64,000 nucleotides of DNA from Phallusia mammillata (lineage: Eukaryota). The stretch covers positions 12,586,001 to 12,650,000 of the forward strand of contig OZ281494.1 of the NCBI GenBank assembly GCA_965637545.1, read 5' to 3'. The notes under the pieces were generated by a model that was given only the letters and a program-made list of their open reading frames with translations, was not told the origin of the DNA and ran no database searches. This document shows, piece by piece, positions 1 through 13,243 of the stretch. The position numbers and the translations under genes were made by a program. Each line of letters begins with the position of its first letter. The stretch's first letter is position 1.

Positions 1-3000
1 ACCTAGTTGAAACCTGCACTCGTATTGTTCCACCGGTCAAGCACGTCCGGTCGTATGTCGTGATTCATTTTCATTGAATAGAACTTTTTACGCCCAAAAG
101 AGTGGGTTTGTTTCTTTTTCTTGAAAAATGATACATCGCTGTATGTTGCCGTTTTTCAGATTGAAATAAAAGCAACTGCGTTCGTTTGTTTTTACTATTG
201 CGCACTTGCTAAAATCCAAAACTGTGTGACTTTAAATGAACGTTAGGGTCATTATAGCATTTTAGATGTACTGCATATATTTTTGCGTGATATTTGACAC
301 TAAATCTTCACAAATTATACACAGGGACATAGGAGTTTGACTGCAAAAAGAAAATGCTTCTTGCCACTTAGAGCAATTTTAAACGAGTAAAAATTAAAAG
401 CAAGTGTAATTTTAACTGTTTAGTTATCAGATTTACTAATTGCACGCGGTTTTTTAAAGGCATTGGGTATGTCATCTTCAACTGATTCAAGTCTCCTCAG
501 CGCCACCAAGTTGAACCTGCACGGGTCAAAGTTCATATGGAATCAGCCGCGGGAAGAATCTCATGAGTGGAGCTTTGTTTCTACGACCATAAAGTATAAA
601 CAGTTCTTCTTTCCCTGACGCAGAAAATAAACTTACGACTTTTATATGTTTAGACAAGCTATAAACTGCAGTGATCCTAAGCGTCGGAAGATAGCAGTAA
701 GTTTGTTTTCGTATCTCGCCAACGTTTTGGAACAGGACAGTCGATTATTACGTCAAATGCTATGGCCGCGGTCTCGATCTGTCCGTCAGTCGACTGCTTT
801 GCGAGAATTGTTGAATTTGTACCGTGACGTCATCGATATCACGGCTCCTACGACACCATCGTTAGAGGTAACTTCAAATATGCTGTTGTAGTTTTTTCTA
901 TCTCAAGTTGCCTGTTGTCGTTGCAGAATTTTACCCAAGCTGAAGATGACGATATTATTGTACAAGACATCCCCGACGATGATTTTGAGGATAAAACACA
1001 AGGTATAATAAGTAAGGTGTATATTTAGTTTTATGAGGAACACATCTAGTGTATTTTCTTGCACCTCAGGAAGTATCCGCCCTAAACGTATTTGGCGATT
1101 GATTACTCTTCTCATTAACCGTTAAACATCAGTTAGTGTACACAAAATGGAAATTTTTTGTTCGTTTACCTGTTATATCAGAATGTCGTCTAAAAACATT
1201 CATGCAACCTGTTGATAAATTAAAATTATCGCCACGTCAACAACCTATACAAGCTGTCGTCATTGCGTCTGGATAGATAACGTAGCTTCAGGAGATGATT
1301 TTGAGGACACAAGTTCACTGTCCACGGAAACTTGCTTTAGCTTGGGAAAGGTAGTGAATGCGATTTGCGACATGGTCTTACAAGGTAACTGTTTATCCTC
1401 TTTGTGGTTTCGGGCCCGCTGTTTGCAATTTTTTCATTAAATTACTTTTTGTTACGTATCAATCGTTGCCAACTGCAAATCATTTGTTAACAAAGCTTAT
1501 CATGTAAAAAAGTTTTTTAGTCGTTTTCTGATACAAACACTGATTCGAACTGAAGGAGCAGAAACTTGCCATTTATGACTCATGTAGTTGTTTTCCAAGA
1601 TAAAATCTGTGCCTGTATTGTTTTACTGAATGTTGAACGCCTATACACATGTTTGTCACTTTTTTCAGTTAATTTAAATAAATGCTGCTTTACATAAAGG
1701 AAGTCGAGAAACATTTTATTTCAATTTATCTAGAAAACCCCGAATCTATCGACGTTATAATTCAGTGTTTGTCCGAATCGTTTAAGGAGGCGAACCCTTT
1801 AACCCTGGGTTGGTTATTTCGTGAACTTCAGCCGTTGATTTTCGTCCGCATGGCCCGTTTAATGTTGTATCAGATGTGTAAAGAAGAAAGGACACAATCC
1901 ACCCGAAATGGTAAAAGGTGTTTGTAAATAAGAGGTGTTTGTAATTATTATATTTACTTATTTTTCTGTGTCGTTTTGGTGTGTTTTGTAGCTTTAGAAA
2001 CACTTAATGGTGTCTTTTAACCAATTGAAACGATGTCCCTAGAAATTGCATTTTGACTTAAGCTTTGTATTAAAAGGCATGCACTATAATTGAACCATTT
2101 TCACGTTACTTTTTTTCATCACAGTGTTACCTATATTATTTCAGATCAATTATCGCTTCAACAAATTGTCAACGAATTTATGATTTCGGTCCCGAAACCA
2201 CCTAAACTGATTGCTAAAGAATGGACACCATCAAAGCAAAACTCGTGAGTATCATTACTCGTCAGGTTGAGAGTTCAAATGCCGGCTTGGATTCCTTTGA
2301 AACCATTAAGAAACTCATAAATGGAATTATAGCCTAAATACATTAAAAGCAAAACCTACAAAACAAACAGCTGTTGGAATGTTAGTGAGTCCTAATTCTA
2401 GTTTGATTACATGTGTTTTGGAAGGCATCTTAACATTCACTAAACCCATACCGGGAAATGTTAAATACTGTAATGAACATATATTAAAATTAAGTTTGTT
2501 TAATATTGGTGAATAATTTTTCGCTGTATTTGCAGTGTGCAATCTTTGCCAGCAGCCTCGCATTTTTCCGACCACAATTCTTCAGACAAAGAAAACTTCC
2601 AAGTTGACCAGGTTAGTGTTTGGCAAAGGAATAAGTCAAGTTAAAACTATTTTTCGTATCTTTTCGTAGCTCAATCACATACATATCTATTTAACTGGTG
2701 TCACCGTCCAAGATGTACTAACCGGCGACCACAATTTTTTCTACCTTGATACGCTTTTCCTTGTTCTATACCCAGCAGTCATCCTCTCCGCCGACCGGCA
2801 ATAATTCTGGTCACCACGTGACAAGTACGAACGTCAACAAACGCAACCCAAAAGGCGAAACCCTTTTACACCGGGCCTGCATTCAAAACCAGCCTGCACG
2901 TGTTGTCCAACTTCTGAGTGTGGTTGGAGTTGACCCGAATGCACGTGATCACGCCGGTTGGACGCCGCTCAGTGAAGCTTGTAATCTCGGCCACTTGGAA

Positions 3001-4512
3001 TGCACCAAAGAGCTACTAAAACTTCCTGTCGCTACGCGCTCTGTGGCGACGCCAAGCGGGGGTAAGATAATATCTATTTCTGTGGGAAGATTGGGTTAAT
3101 TTTGTATTTGCTACTTTAGCCTTGTTTAGTTAAAGTTTAAGTTTAATCGTTTAACATTTGAAATCTTGGTTGTTATTTTTCCTTGTTGAGCGATCTCACT
3201 GACTGGGTCATACATAAATCCATCTTCTATTAATTTGCGTATAGCTCTGTGAGATCATCACAAAACAAGACTTTACAGTTAAGCAAGTACAAGACAGCGG
3301 AACTAAACAATCATCTGCCGTAGTTGACCATGGGGTTGTACGTTTCTTTTTTGATAATGCACTTAGTTACAGAGTCTGAAGGTGAAGTGAGCAGCCGGAT
3401 ACCAGCGCTTGAAATCGACCTCTTGGCATGTCCAGAAGAGGGAATTACCCCTTTACACGACGCACTGAGTAATGCTCATATCGAGGTGGCCCGTCTCCTA
3501 CTTGAAAAGGGAGGAATTGAACTTCTGTATGTCGTTGATAAACAGGTATCATTGCACATACAAGTCCGCTTCCCTGGTGTTTTACGTTTGAATTTATGCA
3601 AGATGAAGAATTCCTATTTGACACAAGCCATTTGAGTTTTTGCTACAATATTTTTGCATTGCTGAATTGTTTCAAGTTGACCACGTTGAGCACTTGCATG
3701 TACCGCACCGTTCAAACCTGAAATTTATGATCAGGGAACAACACCACTTGACGTATGCATGAACGATGATGTACGTAGTTTAGTTTTGGAGATCGCCTGC
3801 CACATTGCTGCTAATAATTGTGGAACTCAGGAACTCAAAAATCCACGATCTCCTCAACCCTCCCCTGTTGATACAACTGATCAGAAATTGTTGTGTCTTC
3901 CAACTGATGAAGAATATATGAAGGTATTCTTTGATTTGTTAAGGTAGATTTTAAACTGATGCGTTTCCTTGCAACTTTTATGCACACATGGCGTACCTGG
4001 CTGGTATTGCGATAAGAATCCTGTAAGAATTTCGAAAACGTGGTTTTATTTTTGATGAATCACATTTTGTGGAATAATATGTAACGAAATTTGTGACTTA
4101 GGTTTTGCCGCCGGCTTCACTCATGGCAACCGATGCTTGGCAACAAACTTGTTCCAGCTGGTTGGCATTATTACGTCATTTGATCATTGCTTACGTCACC
4201 GAAATGGGACTTACAAGTGTCATGGCGCATGTTGCGGAAATCCACAATCATTGTGGACATAATGGAAGCGAGTTTACGTTCCAAGATACGTTTATGACGT
4301 CATGTTTTCATGGCGATGACGTCACGGATAGGCACGTCATGCGAGTACTATCGGACCTTGCTTGTGTGCTAAAATGGGCTGAGATTGAAAAGTTCTTTTT
4401 GCAACATGTGCGCAAGGTTTTTGGGAGAAGTGACTTTACATTAAACGTAGAATACGAAGTTTTTGGCGAAGAACAGTTGAAGCGGTTTAACGAAGCCTTA
4501 GGAGCGACGTAA
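1..4512 (+). CDS. SLF1: SMC5-SMC6 complex localization factor 1-like (ANKRD32) ankyrin-repeat protein, multi-exon, 5' end outside window
   Basis: Spliced exons (approx. 1-52, 461-593, 654-867, 2776-3061, 3374-3545, 3734-3943, 4102-4512, plus intervening ones not fully resolved). They give [19 protein letters not shown]...[20 protein letters not shown]...[25 protein letters not shown]...GTTPLD, which matches my recollection of the SLF1 C-terminal ankyrin region (KGETALHRACINN...DNAGWTPLHEACN...[21 protein letters not shown]). Stop TAA at 4510-4512. Confidence 0.8.
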
Positions 4513-4891
4513 AGACAATTTTTTTATGGATATCATATTTAACTGCGTGCCTTCGTTTGTTTCAAGCTTCGATTTGTTGCGCCAGCGCATTTCTTTTGAA
4601 ATCGTTTCACAAACGTTGTGTTTATGTTTCGTAGTAGTAAACAAATTTATAATTTCTTGGCAACTTTCTTTCCATTAGCCTATCCGAAGTGAACTATACT
4701 CTGAGTTAACTTGGATATTTCCTTAGAATGTTAACATAATAACACACAAAGACAACTTAAATATTCGAATCAAGGCTTTTATTACACAATATTTGTTTAC
4801 ACTTTTCACTACAATTAAAACGGTCTTTTGCGATATTGAACTGGCATTGAAGAGAGGAGACTCATTACGACAATTCATTCATTCTTGCGAA

Positions 4892-6223
4892 TCACTTAAA
4901 AGCTCTCACCGATATTTTGGTGTGCCCACAGTCGTATTCAAATCGACAATAGATGCAAAGAACTGAAAAATAAAAAGTTCAACTTGATACAGAAATGTTA
5001 TGTTCTGGTTTTACCACCACTTGTTACATACCAAGGCTTAAGGCATACGTTTTTTCACAAACGGGCTTGAATTTACATTCTGTGTCCGTAATTTTTTTAA
5101 TGTAAATTACCTAGCTAGGTGCTGGACTTAACCTAATGCCCAAAAGCACTAAAATGTCGGGTTTAAGTTATTGTTTTTTATTTTTAAGACATCATTGTGT
5201 ATGTCTTTACATAATATATAGGCCTGTCAAACAAACATTCGGGCCTAAACTGTCTTCGCAAAAACAATTTGGGTTTCGGGTCTATACTTTCAGGCCGGCT
5301 TTGGCCTCGAAATTGTGTACCGCTTACAACTCTGTACCAGGCACTTTCATGCTGATTGGTGTAAGTGAGTAATTAAATTAATTTTACCAAAATTTATTGT
5401 TGTTTACTCACGTGGACGTTTCTCTAGGATGCATAATTTGTGCCTCGAATCTGTACAAAAGCTGTGGCAAATGTAACTTAATATAAGTTAACATTTAGAA
5501 AAAAAAAACATAATAATATAAGCAGTATACTATACTTCCATAGAAACACATATAGGCTATGTTGAATTTATTATTAGTCCAACAATATGCATATTTAAAG
5601 CTGTAGCTGCTGCGTTTCAACATTGACACATTTAATGCAAGTAAAATGCCACGTGACAAATTTCCGTCCCTAATTTTTAAAACTGCAGAAGACTGTATGC
5701 TGTTTGTTAAAAGAAGAAACTAAAATTAAAGTTCCTACCGCATTGACTGAAATCCTTAGAACAGGTTCCCTAGACTTTCCCGCAAACGTGGTAGCATTTG
5801 TGGCTAATGTAGCATTTTCCACTGCGGTGGCATTCCTTTCAAAATTTGTGGCACCCTGTAACATTTCTGTACCTGCCACTATCTGTCATCGAGAAGGAAT
5901 TATTACCACCGTCTTTTCCGTGAGCTTAAATACTATTTGGGGCAGTATAGGATGGTGTGACATCAGTACTTTTTTTCTGTGTGACATTAGCACCTTCGGT
6001 GAAGTTACTGCCGTCTGGCACAGTGCCAGTATGGTCGACACCTGTCACCGACAAACCTTCGTTGACAATTTCAACCACATCACCTTTTAAATATAACGAA
6101 CACGTCTAAAATAACATAGGCAAGCTGAACTACTTTTTGAAAGTAATGTAAAAACTTACTTGTCCAAACCGCTCCAAATAATCCAAAAAGCACAAGACAT
6201 AACATGGAATATTTATGCGACAT
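4892..6223 (-). CDS. Orphan secreted N-glycosylated protein (model tentative)
   Basis: Exon 6160-6223 encodes a clean signal peptide MSHKYSMLCLVLFGLFGAVWT with a GTAAGT donor. The exon from 6083 continues in phase (SDVVEIVNEG...NFT..NVT), followed by NAT-rich sequence at 5700-5880. An in-frame TAA at 5926-5928 requires a 55-61 nt intron or a lesion. Terminal exon about 4892-4967, with AATAAA near 4778-4783. Confidence 0.45.
5060..5335 (-). mobile_element. MITE, CAGAGTTG(C/T)AAG family, partial copy
   Basis: Reverse complement matches the copies at 7559 and 12432; TIR end CCGCTTACAACTCTG at about 5321-5335. Confidence 0.75.
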
Positions 6224-7117
6224 GGCAAACGTTTTGTTGAACTTACGTCTACGAGGTCACATAATCTTTCACTGAAGTCAGTGTTGGGTAAAGGCTACAC
6301 TTTTATGAACGGCTCATTTTTCCTTTCGATTTCCCGACTAGATAAATCTGTTCGCCCAGCCCCATATGTTTGATGAAATTTGTGTTTTCCACGTTTTTTA
6401 CAGATCCCACTTTCAAAACACATGACCGATAAAAAAGGATTTTTCCTTCTTGAAAGTAATACAATTTCGCGAGGATTGAGCGTTTAGCAGGTCTTGCTGT
6501 TGTTTGAACCACTAACCACGTAGAAACCAGGGCTCGGTGCATATACCCTGCGAAAAATGTAACTAGCCCATTCTATCCAAAAACTGAATCAAGACACCCT
6601 GAGATAATTGTATTTTAGGTTTCCTGGCATAAACATTTCAAACACAGCGAAACAAACAATTGTTGACAATGTTGCTGTTTTGAAGTCTTGAAACGAATAT
6701 TGCGGGGGCGAAGTGTCTTACCCAGCCATCACTTGTCGTCTTCGGGCTGTAAAAAATGACACAATCATAGAGCAGAAAAATTATCGTAAACAAAGAGCAG
6801 GAATTCGGCATTGGGTTATACCTTTTCTTGTATTTAAGTCTTCCAAAAATATTCTTTCAACAGAAAATACATCTTAATGTTTAAATGTTGTTCAATCAAC
6901 AATAAAATTTTTTGTTTAATAATAGCAGCATTTCTTGTCATTATTTTATAACCCGATACTGTTATTTTACGATTTACGATATTTTATTGGTATTTTATAT
7001 TTGATTTTGGATTTACGATAGTATTGAAATATGTTCTCAACCAGATTGCTTTACCTGTTCAAGCCCAAATTTTATTTTTTTTACCTGCAGGTGATGGCTA
7101 AAAGTAATGTTAATATT

Positions 7118-9247
7118 TCAGTACTCGCCTCTTTCGCATTGTTGGCGAAATAGTCGTAAATCTGAACGTTCCTTTTCATTCAAGTTTAACAAAATCTTTG
7201 CTCCTTTGCGATTCAGGCAATCAAATATTTTTTTGTTTTCCGACACGTAAGTTGTGGCTACAATATCATATCCCCCTCTGTTCTTGCACTTCACTTGTCT
7301 CACGTGGCTGTAGAAATTTCCTGCAAAAGGTTATAATTTAAGCGTCAAAAAACAAAATTATACATTACCAACTTATGGTGCGTGTAACACTTTCAATTAA
7401 AGGTTGCAAAAACTGAAACAATACATTACCTTTAGCCTCGTTTTTTCTTAAATCTGTCACATAAGCAGTATACTCGTTAAAGCAAGATGGTATTGTCACA
7501 TTTACACTGCAAAATAAAAACAGCTTTACAGTATCTCAGATTTTTTTACATACAGGTCCAGAGTTGCAAAAAGGGCCCGAAATTGGAGCCCGAACCCGAA
7601 AACACAAGCACGAAACCCCGCCCGAACCCAAATCGTTTTTGAGAAGCCCGTTTAGGCCTGAAAGTTTGATTAACAGGCCTATACATTAAAGAGTCAGGAA
7701 AAACCAGTAGACAATTGGTGTTGAATGAGGCGTGTAAGGGCTGTTTGACATTAGGTCAGGTCCAACAACTGGTAACTTATAGCTATCTAAATTACTTCAA
7801 AAAAATACTGACTCAGAGTGTAAAGTCAGCCCCGAATCAAGCCCGTTTTTTTCAAGAAACCCAAGCCCAAACCTGGCCCAGCCCCAGCCTGGCCCGACTT
7901 ACAACTCTGCATAGGCCTACATCATTATTTCTATTTCCTGTTTCACCAATCCAAACAATTTTAAACTAAAACGGTAATGTCTCCAATTGCCCGTCGCACT
8001 CTTTGATTTAGAGTACCTTGGCACGTTGTAGGGACAGAACAGTTTATCGCGTTGACCGTGATAGCAATCAATTTTGTCATCGCAAATCTTTTCTCTCCTT
8101 AGGCATTTGTCTTTACCTCTAATTCTGCAAAACATTCCATCGCAATCTGTGCAAAAAAACACAACATACAACCCTGATAAGTGGATAAGATACATCAATA
8201 CGATACATTTCAGCACGATCTGTGTTAGATAAAACATTTTGGGCCTTTATACACATTACAGCAAAACGAGATCGAGGCAATTTTAGTTAGATTTGACCTT
8301 TTTTATTCACCTTTGGCGACAAAAGATGTAACCCCGCTTTCAATTCGAGTCTCGTTGCTAAACGATGTAACTTGAACTTGATATTTTCTGGAAGTTTCCA
8401 TTTCAGGGAACGCAACCTTCAACTCTGCCATGTCAGGCTCTCCAGTGAAGCTAACATATTTAACTCTCTGAAGGGAAGGGGATTAGGAATGTTAGAACAT
8501 TAAATATATTTTTTAAAAGAGGTTATTTAATTGGTTATCGGCCGTTACCTCAAGTGTTAGGCCAAAAACTTTGCTGATTTCAACATAGTATCTTTGGGCT
8601 TGAGAAACTTCGTTAAATTTAATTGTAAAGTCGTTTCGTCCAATCTGAAAATGAAAACGCAAAATGGTAAAATTTCACATGCGAGCAGTAGAAATATGAA
8701 TGGAGTGTATTACAAAACTTGATTTAAATCTAATTCAAAATGGCCTTCATTTGCTTGGTTTAGATAATTTTCGGACACTCACATTTTAAACGCCTAAAGA
8801 TTTAAAATTTATCAAAAAGGTTTCAAAATTATCAACAGAATTTAGGAACTACAGTCCACTTACGTGAGGAACAGTTACTGCCAAATCAGAATAACCCCTG
8901 GAAAGACAGCAACTTAACGTCACCAATGAAAGAACAAATCTCGTTGAACCGATCATCTTTTCTGAAACACCTTGTTCTAGTTATGGATACTACATCCAGT
9001 TGTTAACTCGCTTTATATAGAGCAGCTTTTTTCTCGAATCTGCATTCTATTGCTTTAAATGCATACAGATTCGTGCATTGCACAAGCCGGTGTCATTTTA
9101 CAGGAATTGATCAGCTTTTGTAGTCAAACATAGGCCTATAACATGCACATAGATGCATGCCTTAACCTGATTACGACACTCTTATCTGCAAATTTAAAGT
9201 GACCTATATTTTCTGTTTTACCACAAAGCGACTTCGAACATAAGCAT
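7118..9247 (-). CDS. Orphan protein with fibronectin type III domain + LDL-receptor class A-like domain
   Basis: Phase-consistent exons: 9222-9247 (tentative start MLMFEVAL); about 8865-8898 (GYSDLAVTVPH); about 8550-8645 (IGRNDFTIKFNEVSQAQRYYVEIS); about 8315-8470 (...YQVQVTSFSNETRIESG); from 8146 (DCDGMFCRIRGKDKCLRREKICDDKIDCYHGQRDKLFC, six-Cys LDLa spacing); 24-nt microexon about 7429-7452; last exon to stop at 7118. The donor of the LDLa exon is not resolved. Confidence 0.6.
7559..7909 (+). mobile_element. MITE, CAGAGTTG(C/T)AAG family (intronic)
   Basis: TIRs CAGAGTTGCAA / TTACAACTCTG, GGCCCGAA subterminal repeats, similar to 12432-12786; TSD degenerate. Confidence 0.85.
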
Positions 9248-9631
9248 GACATTTGGAAAGTTTATTGCTGGATCTTACACAACTAGACGCACTACAGAAT
9301 AAATAAAAAAGTAAAATGTATTGATCAAGGTAATGGCTAAAAAGCTTTAAATCAAGTCTGTATTTGGAGTTTTGGTCAATTCATTGCACTCATAAATTGT
9401 TGACTCTGTTGTTTCAAAGAATACATGGGCTTTGTATTGAGTCACATCATCGGTTGAATCTCAAGTGATGATTAAACAATTAAATCACAAGCCATAACGA
9501 TATATCATAGTATCTTTTACTTTCTTTCAAAATTTATGAAGTGGTCTGGTAACTTTTGTGTACGTCATTCACGTGTGTACGTCATTTGTTTTTTAGGTTT
9601 CGCTTCTATATGTTCTGATGTCAGGCCATGA

Positions 9632-12155
9632 TTAATTCAATGATGAATTAGATATCACATTTTGCAATGCTTGTTTGTGTGCATTTTCGGCCTTGACCAC
9701 TTTCCTTCGAATGCTGGTTCGTCTCATATTGCGGTCCCTGGCTTCCAGTTTTACATCAACGCCATTCTGCTTTTCCTCAACATCGCACTCGTCTGATGAG
9801 TCGTACATAACGTCGGTGGCACGCAATCCTAAAGGTCCTGGCAAAATATGAAACAGAATTGAAATAAGATCTTCTTGATTAAGGGTCCAGAGAACAAATA
9901 GTGACCACAGCTTGGTTCATAGCATTTAGGTTGCTGCAGAAACACTTCAGCGTGAAAATCGGGGCAACTAACCTGGACGATGCAAACGTAACTCGGCTTT
10001 CACTGTCTTATCAGGGTGGTTGAATGCGTCCGTGAGATAACGAGTCTCCTCTGATCTTGGTTTTCGTGGTTGACAGTCTTCAACATCAATTGCAGCTGCA
10101 ACGAAAATTTATTTGCACGAAATATTGTTTGCAAATCATACATGTATCTGGTCATAAGCTTAATGAGGAAAATAACAGCAAGGGCAGATGCTAGTTATTG
10201 TTTTGTTACATATTTTGTTTTCAGACGATTCACAATATACAGTTAAACCTAAATTGTGAGTTGCACCATATTCATGATCACACCAAATGTGTTACCTTTA
10301 AGCCCTGATATAATGGCTTGTCCCACGCACACTTTGTCTTGGCGTGTTTTTCCCATTACCACAAACTTAATGTACTTGTTTGCCATCTCTTCAGCACTGT
10401 ATCCACGAAACACAAAAGTGGTTTCCCACCTGGAAAAATATCCAAGCGAATTACAACAGAAGAAATATGTTTTGGGCTATACATAGACCTATACTATCTG
10501 CTTCCACACTATAAGTCGGTGTATCGTTTAGTTTTATTGTGACGTTATGAATTCAGTTTTCAGAGCTTTGACTGCTTGAATGACTCTTTGCATGAATCCG
10601 AAAAACACCAGGGATGCAGTGGTAAACTTTTTCCTGCCAAATCGCGCCCATTACCAACTTGAAAATTATAATGTATTTTTACCCTTAGGAGTCCCTATTT
10701 TTTCGAACGTATTTATGCAATCCATGCTTAATCCAGAAAACATCTCTTTGTTATAAACTTACCTCACTTGACCTAAAAGGTTCATGTTCGAATTTTCGCT
10801 TTTCATTTGGGTCACGGTAGGTTTTGTCCCTGCACTAGGAAGCAGTGTTGCCGAGACCCAACTTTTTTCATATCTTTCTGCCGTATCACCCAAACCGTTG
10901 AAAAGGCAATCTCCCGATACGACGTGCGCAATAAGTTCGCATGTATTCGAACTTCGACGTGGATTGGAGATTGTTAGAAAATGATTGTCAGCTTTTGGTT
11001 GCATTGCCCCGAAACTGACACTAGAACAGATTTTAACAAATATATCTTTCAGTTTTTTAAATGGTTTTAGCCAGGCACGGCTTGCCTATAGTTAGCGTAG
11101 TCAAATCGAAAGTACCAAAAGGCTTGCGTATACTGTTTACATTGAATGTCTATAGATGTATATCTATAGATAAAGCTTGATTTAACTGTTTGACGCTTCC
11201 TACTGTTGGGGACGAGAGCATTTGTTGCAACCATAAGCTATTTGGCAGTTTTGTTTTGTAATATATAAAAAAAAAATCCATATTTGTCATGTAAAGGCTT
11301 GCTATTGGAGGCACGTGCCTCATTTAACATATAACGTGTAGAGCCGGACATTAAACTGAATGTATCAAAGTCGTAGGCAAGATAACAACTAGTATATTTC
11401 TAAAAAAAAACAATCTTTACAGTGCAATGCCATTTTTCCACTTAAAAGAACATGCGCATGTTTAAAGTACCTCCTGGGCTTGTGAATTACTTCTGTAGCA
11501 GTTTTACTCTCCTGTTCGAACTTAATTTCGACTGATATGATTCGGGGCTGCAATAAATGTTTACATGTTGATCATTATTTATTAAAAGTTGTGTATAAAC
11601 AATTCTTGGACGTGGTATTGTGCGGTATATTTGCATAACTATAGTTACATAAAGAAGTTTTAAGCTGGTTTCGACCAAGTTTTGTGCAGCAAATCGTATG
11701 TCAAAATAGATTTGTTAAAAAGCTCAAAACATTCGCTTATGTTTTGTTGCGAAAACTTTCGAAACCATAACTGAGCACACTAGATTTTGACATACTTTGC
11801 TGGTCATAAAAGTTTGTACCTTCTTTTTTCGCTCCTTCTCATCCTTTGCAACCTCCTCCCGGATATGTTCAATGCGTTTGTAATGTTGCTCCAAAAAAGA
11901 TGAACACTTAAAAATCCCAATTAGCTCGTCATTTCTTTCCTTAATCTCTAACTGCCTCGCTTGAAACTTTTCAGGAAACCTAGTCCGAAAAATGTGCGCC
12001 TTTTCCAACAAAGTAAGTGATTCAAAGTCTTTTGACAAAATTTTGTCAGTGGCGGTTTTGTCAAACAGAGGCCCACAAGTACTTCGCGTTCGTCGACGTT
12101 TTCGAGATATCGGTCTCAAACGTTTCACACCTGCTGCTTCAGGCTTAATTTCCAT
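9632..12155 (-). CDS. C2-domain protein (TC2N / synaptotagmin C2B-like), about 385 aa, no transmembrane segment
   Basis: Six exons splice in frame with GT-AG: 11796-12155, 11471-11547, 10763-11020, 10296-10429, 9973-10095, 9632-9837 (1158 nt). Product contains PRIISVEIKFEQESKTATEVIHKPR...WVSATLLP...GQVRWETTFVF...IKFVVMGK...VGQAII...DAFNHPDKTVKAELRL, a C2 fold pattern. The N-terminus has a basic cluster KRLRPISRKRRRTR. Confidence 0.7.
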
Positions 12156-12431
12156 TACTTCTGACTTCAGTTACTTCACCTAACGAATGCTTGGATTTCA
12201 TAATGTTGTTTTGCCTGAATCGAACTCTGTAATGTAAACAAATATGATTTCATTTCGTTTCCAAGCTTATCTTCTCCGGTGTGTAACTGTGACTCATGCT
12301 AATTAATGCTTCGACCCACGTCATTTGTTATGTTTGGCTTTTACACAGAAGGTCAAGCAAACTCTAACATTAATTTAGGACAGTTACGCACAAACAAAAG
12401 CAAACTTTTTTTGTATTGAGCAGGGATGCAC

Positions 12432-12786
12432 CAGAGTTGCAAGCGGGCCCGAAATCTGAGCCCGAACCCGGCCCGAAAGTATAAGCCCGAAGCCCGGCCC
12501 GAACCCGAAACGTTTTTGAGAAGCCCGTTTAGGCCCGAAATTTTGATTGACAGGCTTATCCACGAAAGCCTTGCGACAAAGTATGAGAAAGAAAAACAGA
12601 GAAAAGATAACAAACACAATGAACAATGGGGTAAACAATACGTTTTAGAGTAGGGTGGGCATTAGGTCAAAGCCAGAGAATTGTTACTAAAAAATGGCGG
12701 AAACGGAACGTAAAGTCAGGCCCGTTTTCTGACAAATACCTAAGCCCGAACCCGGCCCGAAAAGCCCGGCCCGACTTGCAACTCTG
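12432..12786 (+). mobile_element. hAT-type MITE, CAGAGTTGCAAG family
   Basis: TIRs CAGAGTTGCAAG / CTTGCAACTCTG, perfect 8-bp TSD GGATGCAC (12424-12431 and 12787-12794). It is inserted next to or into an older element. Confidence 0.95.
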
Positions 12787-13243
12787 GGATGCACAACCGT
12801 TTCGCTATAACGGCCGCATCGCAGATACTTTTTTCACCAACGGCAGCCAACGTCTTCTTGTTTTTGTTTATAAAATACTGATGAAAAAAGTAGGTTTACC
12901 TCGTATATATATGCTATCTAATGGCGCCTGAAGCGCCAAGATTAATTTCTGACTTGATGCACAGATTGAGCTTGAACAGTCTAACGATCAGTCTTATTGT
13001 TGATGACGTCACTATCTATATTGTGACGCGTGTGGTGCCTTTTTTTCGCATTGTTTGCACACAAGAAAGGCGTACAAAAAGTCGGACACATATGCCTACT
13101 AGGGCTCGGCTGATAATACTCTTTTATGTCCCACAAAATATGTTTGGAACAGATTTAAAATCCAAACAAATAATAATTGCAGTATTACTTATGTCACGAT
13201 CGCATAAACTCGTCCCTGTCGCCACAGGTTGTGGTAACCCCTG
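12787..13243 (-). mobile_element. Older MITE copy (CAGGGG-type end) sharing its interior with the RANBP1 intron element
   Basis: Reverse complement of about 12790-13070 aligns with 16960-17236 (..GCGTCACAATATAGAT..CTCAATCTGTGCAT..GTTGGTGAAA..ATCTGC.ATGCG..AAA.GGTTG). CAGGGGTTACCACAACC end at 13243. Confidence 0.7.

Noticed and set aside
5704-6090. 128-aa plus-strand ORF
   Set aside because: Antisense shadow of the minus-strand secreted-protein exons.
9728-9760. CTGATGAG as a second hammerhead core
   Set aside because: No GAAA core or NUH site; lies antisense within a coding exon.
12353-12653. Several overlapping 75-88 aa ORFs
   Set aside because: Products of the GC-rich subterminal repeats of the 12432-12786 MITE.
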